32,000 bases of DNA. It comes from Corynebacterium glutamicum ATCC 13032 (GTDB lineage: Bacteria; Actinomycetota; Actinomycetes; Mycobacteriales; Mycobacteriaceae). Each line of letters starts with the position of its first letter. Position 1 is the first letter of the stretch. The translations under genes were made by a program, and so were the position numbers. The notes beneath the pieces are model-generated. The model ran no database searches and was not told the origin of the DNA. It saw nothing but the letters and a program-made list of their open reading frames with translations. Of this stretch, positions 1 to 7,266 are shown piece after piece. The stretch spans positions 450,001 through 482,000 of the forward strand of contig NC_003450.3 in assembly GCF_000011325.1 (NCBI RefSeq), written 5' to 3'.

Positions 1-826
1 CGTACAAAGACACCAGATAATCCGCGGTTACTGCTGCGATTCCCAGGAACAACAACACGATGCCAATGGTGGATACCACCTGCAATGGATTGCTCACGGT
101 GCCGGATTCCATGAAGCGATAAATCATGGTGGCTAAGGTTTCAAAACGCGCTGGCGATCCCAACAGAGCTGGAATGCCAAAGTCGGCGAGGTTCGCCACT
201 GTGGTAAGAGTAAACGCCGACAACAATGCAGGTTTGAGCAGTGGGAGTGTGATGGTGCGCAACACCGTAAAAGTATCCGCCCCCGCGATCCGTGCAGCTT
301 GCTCCAAATCACTAGGAAGTTGCCTCAGAGCTGCCGAAACAATGATGTACACAGTGGGATAGGAGTGCACAATCAACAAAAATGTCACACCATCAGCGCC
401 GTAAATATCCCACACTTCCGTGCCGAAAAACCGGTTGATGCCCTGGTTCTTCCCGAACAGCTGCAACCACGCAATAGCCCCAATAAACGGAGGGATCAAC
501 AGCGGGGATAACAAAAATAACCGCAACGCGGTGCGCCCGAAAACATCAGTTCGGTCCAGCGTGAGAGCCATGATCGTGCCGATAATGGTCGCGCCCACCG
601 CAGAAAGCACTGTTGTATAGGCGGAATTCCATAGGGCTTTGCCCAATCCGGAATCCCACAGAGCAGGAAACTGATTGCCTCCCAACGCCAAGCCCACCAC
701 CAGCGCCAACGGAGTGATAAACAACCCCGCGACAATCAGCCACACACCCAGACGCATGAAAGACAAAGACGTCAACGCAGAGATGTGAAAGCGCTGCGTC
801 GACGTATTTGAAGGAGATAACTGCAT
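1..826 (-). CDS. ABC transporter permease, Fe3+/polyamine type. This is the N-terminal part; the gene continues past the left edge of the window.
   Basis: Absent from the ORF track because no stop codon lies inside the window. My reverse-complement translation from the ATG at 826-824 is stop-free down to position 1: MQLSPSNTSTQRFHISALTSLSFMRLGVWLIVAGLFITPLALVVGLALGG...SAVGATIIGTIMALTLDR...LLSPLLIPPFIGAIAWLQLFG. It has several hydrophobic TM segments and an EAA-like permease loop (SDLEQAARIAGADTFTVLRTITLPLLKPAL). It starts 7 nt after the stop of the binding-protein gene on the same strand. Confidence 0.8.
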   Translation of the reverse strand, partial: MQLSPSNTSTQRFHISALTSLSFMRLGVWLIVAGLFITPLALVVGLALGGNQFPALWDSGLGKALWNSAYTTVLSAVGATIIGTIMALTLDRTDVFGRTALRLFLLSPLLIPPFIGAIAWLQLFGKNQGINRFFGTEVWDIYGADGVTFLLIVHSYPTVYIIVSAALRQLPSDLEQAARIAGADTFTVLRTITLPLLKPALLSAFTLTTVANLADFGIPALLGSPARFETLATMIYRFMESGTVSNPLQVVSTIGIVLLFLGIAAVTADYLVSLY

Positions 827-833
827 AGGAAAA

Positions 834-1913
834 CTAGTTCATTGCGTTTTGGAAGAACTCAACAGCAGCCGCCTTATCAGCGGTTACAACCTCCAGGTCA
901 GGGGTCATGAGCTCGATGTCAGCCAACTCGGGGGTGCCCTCTGGAGTTCCGACATCTTCACGCACTGGCAGGTATGCCTGCTCAACTGCGATTTCCTGGC
1001 CTTCAACAGACAGCAGGAAGTTGATGTAGCGCTCGGCTGCTTCCTTCTTTTCAGAATCAGCGAACACACCTGCAGGCTCAGTGATGTAAGGAGAACCCTC
1101 CGATGCGTAGATGGTGTCGATTGGAGATCCAGCAGCAGCCAAGTCGCGCACCAAGTAGTCCACCACGATGCCCACTGGGTGGCCACCGCCAGCGATCTCC
1201 TGGGAGGTTGGGCCGTTGGACTGAGCGATCATTGGTTGGTTTTCACCCAAGGCGGTGATCCAGGCTTCGCCAAGCGCAGGGTCGTTCTTCCACACAGAAG
1301 CATTGAAGGCTGCAGCACCAGACACAGCTGGATCCGGCATGACCAGTTGGCCTGCATACTTAGGATCAGTCAGATCAGCCCAAGACGTAGGAAGCTCAGC
1401 CTGATCAACAACTTCAGTGTTGTATGCAATCACGGTTGGGATGATGCGGGTGCCTACATAAAAGTTCTCAGCATCCAGAGCCTCTTCAATGATGTCGGAA
1501 GTCTCAACATCTTCCAGCTCTGCAAGGTCGCCCTGTGCTGCATAAGTTTCAAAGGTTGCAGCATCCGCAGCCCACAACACATCAGCCTCGATAGAACCGG
1601 ATGCCTTTTCAGCTTCAATGCGAGCAGTCAGATCGCCAGTACCAGCGCGGTACACCTCAACCTCAATATCTGGGTTGGCTTCCATGAACGCCTTGTTGAT
1701 CTCATCGACCTTTTCCTCAGGCTCAGAGGTGTAGACGGTGATGGTTACTTTTTCACCGGCTGCATCGGATGCGTTAGCGGAAGAGCTTGCAGTGGTGGTC
1801 TCTGCGGTGGAAACGTCCTCAGAAGGTTCAGAGCAAGCCACGAGGAGAGCAGCGGAAGCGCCGAGTGCAAAAACAGTAACGGCAGTGCGCTTCAAAGGGT
1901 GCTTCGAAGACAT
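834..1913 (-). CDS. ABC transporter substrate-binding lipoprotein, solute-binding family 1, Fe3+/polyamine-like
   Basis: 359-aa ORF. The N-terminus MSSKHPLKRTAVTVFALGASAALLVACSE is a signal peptide plus lipobox (LVAC), followed by a Ser/Thr/Ala-rich linker and a binding-protein-like body. The permease follows directly on the same strand. Confidence 0.85.
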   Translation of the reverse strand: MSSKHPLKRTAVTVFALGASAALLVACSEPSEDVSTAETTTASSSANASDAAGEKVTITVYTSEPEEKVDEINKAFMEANPDIEVEVYRAGTGDLTARIEAEKASGSIEADVLWAADAATFETYAAQGDLAELEDVETSDIIEEALDAENFYVGTRIIPTVIAYNTEVVDQAELPTSWADLTDPKYAGQLVMPDPAVSGAAAFNASVWKNDPALGEAWITALGENQPMIAQSNGPTSQEIAGGGHPVGIVVDYLVRDLAAAGSPIDTIYASEGSPYITEPAGVFADSEKKEAAERYINFLLSVEGQEIAVEQAYLPVREDVGTPEGTPELADIELMTPDLEVVTADKAAAVEFFQNAMN

Positions 1914-2636
1914 GAAAATAAGGCCCTTCTTGAAATTTTAAGGAGTGTTTGGGGGAGGAAATAACATCTTTACATGAATGGGCGCATTTCGCAGGACTTA
2001 TGGAAATGTCTGCACGTTTGGCGATGTTTCAGTTAGACCTTGAAGGGGAGACCTACATGAAGAGAGGTATTTCACGGATTCAATCCCTTAGATCGGGAGC
2101 CCTACAAGCAACTGCAATCTGCAGTGAACTGCCCAACAAAGGGGTGGGTTATGTGGGTAGGGAAAAGAATTATTTGTACCGCTGGCGGAACATCAAAAAG
2201 TGTTTGTGCTGAATCTGCCTGAACAGCTTGTATGGTGCATGAAAGGTGTGACCCAGGCTGCTAAAAGGGGACCTAATTAATAGGCCAAAAATGCCGTTTG
2301 GTAAAAGCAAGAATTGAAGCGGTTTTTCAAAACAGGCATGACTCAATTATCGTGTATATACCACACGGTAAACACCTGTTGAGAGGGTGGTCGGTTTTTA
2401 CGCCACCAATGTTTGAACTGGCCGTTTTCTTTGAAAATCGCGCTCGGTTTGGATGCCCTCGTAAAATAAGGTGCAAATATTGTGCGCCGACCAGTTATGT
2501 CCTCATCCGACGGCGGTCAGTGTGCTTCATTAAATTGTCGTGGACAATCCCGGATCGAAAATTTGATTCGGCTTTTTTCATGGCTGTTGATGGAGTACGT
2601 TGGTCGTTTTCGAGACAAGTACTAGAAAAGATATTG

Positions 2637-4433
2637 ATGACTATCGCCCATAAGCCCGAGATGGCTGAAACTACCGGGATCGAGACCAACCAGGTTTCCG
2701 AAACCATCGGGGTTGAATCGCTCACGCACGGAAACTTACGTCCTGTTTCATCTTTTGAGGGACAGCATGAGGGACAAACGGAAGAGTTACTTCCAGGCAA
2801 AGTCATTTTTGTTGGGGCCGGTCCCGGTAACCCTGATCTTCTTACAGTTCGTGCCCGTGAAGTTCTGGGCAACGCGGTTCGTGCGATTACTGATGAACAA
2901 GTACTAAGCGGCGTTCGAGCTTTTGTCGCCACTGAAATTCCTGTGCCGGAAGATAAGCTTCAGGCTGCGGAAGATGAGTACGAGCGCATCTGCATTGAAG
3001 CGAAGGAGAACGGTGCACGCCGTAAGCCTCCTCGTCCAGCACCACCAACCGCTGCAGAGATCACGGAAGTTTCTGAGGCGACTCCAGCTCAGATTGTTGA
3101 GCTTGTGCAGGATGCTCTTTCTTATGGTGGAGATGTTATTCGTCTTGTCACCGGCAACCCATTGAGCAGCGATGCCACACTGGCTGAGATCTCTGCAGTT
3201 TCCGAGGCTGGCCTGGAGTTCCAGGTGGTTCCAGGTATGTCTTTGCCTGCAACGGTTCCTGCATTTGCGGGAATTGCGTTGGGTTCTACCTACACCGAAA
3301 CTGATGTCAACGGTCAAAACTTGGACTGGGATCAGTTGGCTAGCGCACCTCAGCCTTTGGTGCTGCAGGCCCGCGTGGATGACCTTTCCCGTATTGCACA
3401 GGAACTAAAGGCCCGCAATATGTCTTTGGAAACTCCTGTTTCTGTCACCGCTAACGGCACCACCCGTTTGCAGCGCACCTATGACACCACTTTAGGTCTG
3501 TTGCACAAGCTTGATGCTGAACTAAGCGGACCTTTGGTTGTTACCTTGGGCAAGGGTGTGGATGATCGCTCCAAGTACTCTTGGTGGGAAAACCGCGCTC
3601 TGTACGGTTGGCGTGTGCTGGTGCCTCGCGCTCGGGAGCAAGCGGCATCCATGTCCGCACGTCTGAGCAGCCACGGCGCTATCCCGCAGGAAGTCCCTAC
3701 CATTTCTGTCGAACCACCGCGCAACCCAGCGCAAATGGAACGCGCCATCAAGGGCATCGTCGAAGGACGCTACCAGTGGGTTGTCCTCACCAGCGTCAAC
3801 GCAGTGAAGGCAGTCTGGGAGAAAATCACCGAATTCGGCCTCGATTCACGTTCCTTCGCGGGCGTCCGCATCGCCGCAGTCGGTGAAAAAACCGCCGCTG
3901 AGATCCGCGCGCTCGGCATCACGCCGGAGCTTCTGCCTGCACGTACCAGGCAAAATGCGCAAGGGCTTGTCGACGTGTTCCCCGAATATTTCGAAGAACT
4001 CGATCCAGTCGGCCGTGTCCTCTTGCCGCGCGCAGATATCGCAACCGACGTGCTTGTCGACGGCCTGACCCACCTTGGTTGGGAAGTCGAAGACGTGGTG
4101 GCTTACCGCACCGTCCGCGCAGCACCACCAAGCGCTGATATCCGAGATATGATCAAGACCGGCGGATTTGATGCAGTTGCCTTCACCTCTTCGTCGACCG
4201 TGAAGAACCTCGTTGGTATCGCGGGTAAACCACACCCACGCACCATCGTCGCGTGCATCGGACCCATGACTGCAGCGACCGCTGAAGAACTGGGACTGCG
4301 CGTTGATGTCATGCCAGAGATCGCCGAAGTACCAGAACTGATCGACGCTCTTGCGGAACACGTGGCGGATCTGCGCGCTAAGGGCGAGCTGCCGCCGCCG
4401 AGGAAGAAACGCAGGCGTCGAAAAGCGTCTTAA
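2637..4433 (+). CDS. hemD: Fusion protein: tetrapyrrole (SUMT/CobA-like) methylase domain plus uroporphyrinogen-III synthase (HemD) domain
   Basis: The track ORF 2298..4433 is in this frame. I prefer the ATG at 2637 (MTIAHKPEMAE...) because the upstream 113 codons are AT-rich and not protein-like. The N-terminal half carries a TP-methylase signature variant (GKVIFVGAGPGNPDLLT, later VVPGMSLPATVPAFAGIAL). The C-terminal half (GWRVLVPRAREQA...TSVNAVKAVW...AAVGEKTA...FTSSSTVKN) is HemD-like. The exact start is uncertain. Confidence 0.8.
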   Translation: MTIAHKPEMAETTGIETNQVSETIGVESLTHGNLRPVSSFEGQHEGQTEELLPGKVIFVGAGPGNPDLLTVRAREVLGNAVRAITDEQVLSGVRAFVATEIPVPEDKLQAAEDEYERICIEAKENGARRKPPRPAPPTAAEITEVSEATPAQIVELVQDALSYGGDVIRLVTGNPLSSDATLAEISAVSEAGLEFQVVPGMSLPATVPAFAGIALGSTYTETDVNGQNLDWDQLASAPQPLVLQARVDDLSRIAQELKARNMSLETPVSVTANGTTRLQRTYDTTLGLLHKLDAELSGPLVVTLGKGVDDRSKYSWWENRALYGWRVLVPRAREQAASMSARLSSHGAIPQEVPTISVEPPRNPAQMERAIKGIVEGRYQWVVLTSVNAVKAVWEKITEFGLDSRSFAGVRIAAVGEKTAAEIRALGITPELLPARTRQNAQGLVDVFPEYFEELDPVGRVLLPRADIATDVLVDGLTHLGWEVEDVVAYRTVRAAPPSADIRDMIKTGGFDAVAFTSSSTVKNLVGIAGKPHPRTIVACIGPMTAATAEELGLRVDVMPEIAEVPELIDALAEHVADLRAKGELPPPRKKRRRRKAS

Positions 4434-4458
4434 AAGGTTTTTCACTAGGGTGTTGTCC

Positions 4459-4878
4459 ATGGACATCCAGCAGCTAGACGCCGAAACAACAGCATGGAAA
4501 GACAGCCTCCTGCGCGCCGCACAGGAGGCTGGTTTTCATTTTGAGCCACCGAAACTCTTCGAGGATTTTGAGACCATGGTGGAGCAGTACAAGCAGGCAG
4601 CTGCGAGCGACCCGGACATTGATGTCACTGATATTCAGCAAATGTGGGGCATCGTGGTGGGGGAGTACCTGCGCGAAAAAATGGGCATGGAATGGGTCGT
4701 CATCACCGATGACTACGGCACTGACCTCGCGATTCTAGCCACGGCACCCAACGGGGACCACGTATATTCCTGCCCCATCATCGTGGTGGGCAAGCGCTTT
4801 TCACCCGACTATGAACCTGGTCAGCTGGAGTTTTTCTGCAATCAATTCATGGTGACGTCGCTCGCTCAACTGCAGTGA
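4459..4878 (+). CDS. Hypothetical acidic cytoplasmic protein, 139 aa, embedded between hemD and hemB
   Basis: In frame with track ORF 4351..4878. The ATG at 4459 (MDIQQLDAETTAWKD...) lies just after the hemD stop; the longer form would overlap the hemD 3' end. I recognise no catalytic motif. Confidence 0.6.
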   Translation: MDIQQLDAETTAWKDSLLRAAQEAGFHFEPPKLFEDFETMVEQYKQAAASDPDIDVTDIQQMWGIVVGEYLREKMGMEWVVITDDYGTDLAILATAPNGDHVYSCPIIVVGKRFSPDYEPGQLEFFCNQFMVTSLAQLQ

Positions 4879-4966
4879 AAATAGTAGCGGACGTGGTCGT
4901 GTCCACCGCTGACTCTATGATTGGACAAAGGACCTAGAAATTTCAAGAGAGCAAAGGTTACAAGCA

Positions 4967-5986
4967 ATGAGCACTTCTTCTGATTACTCCCACGCACTAA
5001 TTCGTCGTCCGCGCCGACTTCGCGCCAACCCTGCGATGCGGGAACTAGTCGCGGAAACCGCATTGCGCCCGGCGGATCTTATTCTGCCAATGTTCTTTGC
5101 GGATGGAATCACTGAGGCACGTGAGATCTCCTCCATGCCGGGCGTTTATCAGCACACTGAAGATTCGCTGCTGCGTGCCGCCCATGAGGCTTTAGATGCT
5201 GGTGTTCGTTGCGTTGATCTGTTCGGTGTTCCAGTGGATGCGGACAAGGACTTCAATGGTTCCCAGGCATGGTCTGAAACCGGTGTGTTGAACCGTGCAC
5301 TTTCATCGCTGCGTAAGGAATTCGGCGATGACCTGCTGATTATGGCCGATACTTGCCTTGATGAGTTCACGGATCATGGTCACTGCGGCGTAGTTACCGA
5401 GGACCGCCATGGAAACGCAATCGTGGACAACGATGCCACTTTGCCGCTGTACCAGCAGATGGCTGTTGCTCAGGCTCGTGCCGGTGCACATATTGTGAGC
5501 CCTTCCGGAATGATGGACGGCCAGATCGCTGCTATTCGTGCAGCGTTGGATGAGGAAGGCTACCAGGACGTCGCCATCATGGCGTATTCCGCTAAGTATG
5601 CATCAGCATTCTTCGGACCTTTCCGCGAAGCAGTGGGATCCTCCCTCCAAGGCGATCGACGTACCTACCAGCAAGATCCTGCGAACCTGCGTGAGTCTCT
5701 CCTTGAGGCAGAGCTAGATATCGCAGAAGGAGCGGACTTCATTATGGTCAAGCCTGCACTGCCATACCTTGATGTGCTGACCCGCATCGCTGATACCTCA
5801 CCTGTCCCAGTGGCTGCCTACCAAGTTTCTGGTGAGTACGCGATGATCCAAGCAGCAGGCCGCAACGGTTGGGTTGACCTTGATGCAGTGATGATGGAAT
5901 CTTTGACCTCCATCAAGCGTGCCGGTGCAAACCAAATCCTCACGTACTTTGCCGTTGACGCTGCCCGCGCACTGCGAAACGCTTAA
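4967..5986 (+). CDS. hemB: Porphobilinogen synthase (delta-aminolevulinate dehydratase)
   Basis: 339-aa ORF with typical PBGS sequence: RRPRRLR N-terminus, metal-site block [14 protein letters not shown], a Schiff-base lysine context ([10 protein letters not shown]), and [10 protein letters not shown]. Confidence 0.95.
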   Translation: MSTSSDYSHALIRRPRRLRANPAMRELVAETALRPADLILPMFFADGITEAREISSMPGVYQHTEDSLLRAAHEALDAGVRCVDLFGVPVDADKDFNGSQAWSETGVLNRALSSLRKEFGDDLLIMADTCLDEFTDHGHCGVVTEDRHGNAIVDNDATLPLYQQMAVAQARAGAHIVSPSGMMDGQIAAIRAALDEEGYQDVAIMAYSAKYASAFFGPFREAVGSSLQGDRRTYQQDPANLRESLLEAELDIAEGADFIMVKPALPYLDVLTRIADTSPVPVAAYQVSGEYAMIQAAGRNGWVDLDAVMMESLTSIKRAGANQILTYFAVDAARALRNA

Positions 5987-6015
5987 CAAGAACTAACTGA
6001 TTAGTAGGACTCCCC

Positions 6016-6600
6016 ATGAGCATGCTTCCCAATCTCACACCGAAGAAATCTGCCCCGCCTTCATCTTCTGCTTCTGCGAAAAATGCTGGAGAAAAGAAGG
6101 AAGACACCGTCAAGCTCCTGATTCAGATGTGGGCTGTGATGATCGGTTTGGAGCTGCTGCACCAGATCTTAAACGTGGTGATGAGCTTTACGGACCCGAC
6201 TGCGCTGCGGACTGTTGCCAAAGAACAAGCAGCAGCACAGGGGCTTTCCGATGGCATTGTTAACGCCACAGTCATCGCAGCAATCTTGGTCATGGGATTC
6301 TTCAACCTCATTGTGATTGCCATTTTGTCCTGGATGGTGGTGATGGTGAAAAACCGTTCCAAACGCCTACCGACGGCATTCTTGCTGCTCACCATCTTCA
6401 GTTTCTTCTTTATCCTAAGAGTCTTGATGCTGTTTTTCGCCTCACCTGGTGGGACTGATGTTCCAATGGCACTATTTGCTATCGACGGTTGTGTACAAAT
6501 CCTCGTCGGAGTGAGCGCCGGTGTGGCATATGCGCTCTCGCGCACTGAGCAGCCTGTCAAAATGCTCACCGACTACGCACCAGAAGACGCTAAACGGTAA
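6016..6600 (+). CDS. Integral membrane protein, about 4 TM, unknown function
   Basis: 194-aa ORF starting 29 nt after hemB. It has a Ser/Pro/Lys-rich N-terminus followed by four hydrophobic segments. The position matches the small TM proteins that follow hemB in other actinobacteria (from my recollection of synteny). Confidence 0.7.
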   Translation: MSMLPNLTPKKSAPPSSSASAKNAGEKKEDTVKLLIQMWAVMIGLELLHQILNVVMSFTDPTALRTVAKEQAAAQGLSDGIVNATVIAAILVMGFFNLIVIAILSWMVVMVKNRSKRLPTAFLLLTIFSFFFILRVLMLFFASPGGTDVPMALFAIDGCVQILVGVSAGVAYALSRTEQPVKMLTDYAPEDAKR

Positions 6601-6640
6601 GTACTGAAGAATTTTTAAAGACGACGGAGATTTCACCACA

Positions 6641-7153
6641 ATGCCAAGCATGTTCCCATCACCCGCAACTGGCGGAGATGACATCAACCGACGCCCCCTG
6701 AATGAACCAAACGCAGATGCAACCACCATCCCCACTGCACTAAAAGTGGTGTTCTGGATGCTGTTTGCCACTGCAGCGTTCATGATTTTTACAGGCCTGG
6801 TGATGTACACCGCCGGATACACGGGACCTGATGATGTGGATGAGAGCTACAAAGCCGTTGTGGTGAACAACCAGGAGTTCATCGGTGGCATCAATGCCTT
6901 TGCTGGCGTCGTGATTGCTGCACTTACTTCACAACTGCCAAAGGGCGGCAAGAATCCGCGCCGTCTTTTGTTGGCCATCATGTTGTTGGTATTGCTGACA
7001 GATCTGTTGTCTTTTGCCACCCGCGCTGGAGGCTTCGCACTCGCAATCATCGCAGTCTTGTTGGCTTTGGAAGCACTCTTGATGTTCCGCCCAGCAGTCA
7101 ATGATCACATTGACCGAAATCATATGGCTCGTGTAATGAATCGCGAGAAGTAG
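6641..7153 (+). CDS. Integral membrane protein, about 4 TM, unknown function
   Basis: 170-aa ORF with the RBS-like sequence acggag upstream. It has four hydrophobic segments and a layout similar to the preceding ORF. Confidence 0.7.
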   Translation: MPSMFPSPATGGDDINRRPLNEPNADATTIPTALKVVFWMLFATAAFMIFTGLVMYTAGYTGPDDVDESYKAVVVNNQEFIGGINAFAGVVIAALTSQLPKGGKNPRRLLLAIMLLVLLTDLLSFATRAGGFALAIIAVLLALEALLMFRPAVNDHIDRNHMARVMNREK

Positions 7154-7154
7154 A

Positions 7155-7175
7155 ACGGTTCGACCGTACTTTTTC
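7155..7175 (+). terminator. Weak terminator-like hairpin plus T-run after the membrane-protein gene
   Basis: acggt-tcg-accgt (5-bp stem, 3-nt loop, 7155..7167) followed by acTTTTTc. The stem is short, so confidence is low. Confidence 0.25.
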
Positions 7176-7177
7176 GC

Positions 7178-7213
7178 TACCGTGAGTCTTACCGTGAGCC
7201 TTATACTGTGAGG
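7178..7213 (+). repeat. Three tandem direct repeats of TAC(C/T)GTGAG, upstream of the ATPase-like gene
   Basis: taccgtgagtct (7178..7189), taccgtgagcct (7190..7201), then ta+tactgtgagg (7202..7213). The core 9-mer starts at 7178, 7190 and 7204, 54-89 nt before the GTG start at 7267. Confidence 0.5.
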
Positions 7214-7266
7214 ACATTAAAAGTGACACCTCTTTTTCTATCTTTTACAACCCAAGAAGGTTTATC

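Noticed and set aside
849-1964. 371-aa plus-strand ORF, longer than the annotated gene it overlaps
   Set aside because: It is exactly antisense to the 359-aa binding-protein gene. Its translation is Ser/Arg/Cys/Leu-rich with no recognisable domain. The minus-strand product has a lipoprotein signal peptide and a binding-protein body, and it is followed by its permease. I treat this as a shadow ORF.
1949-2212. 87-aa plus-strand ORF in the long region upstream of hemD
   Set aside because: It has no RBS-like sequence and no recognisable domain. The composition and codon choice look non-coding by eye. It is kept only as part of the long intergenic region finding.
2298-2636. 113-codon N-terminal extension of hemD (the track ORF starts at 2298)
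   Set aside because: The extension (MVKARIEAVFQNRHDSIIVYIPHGKHLL...CKYCAPTSYVLIRRRSVCFIKLSW) is AT-rich and Cys/Arg/Phe-rich, unlike the rest of the protein and not methylase-like. The ATG at 2637 precedes the conserved domain at a normal distance. The extension is retained only as an alternative.
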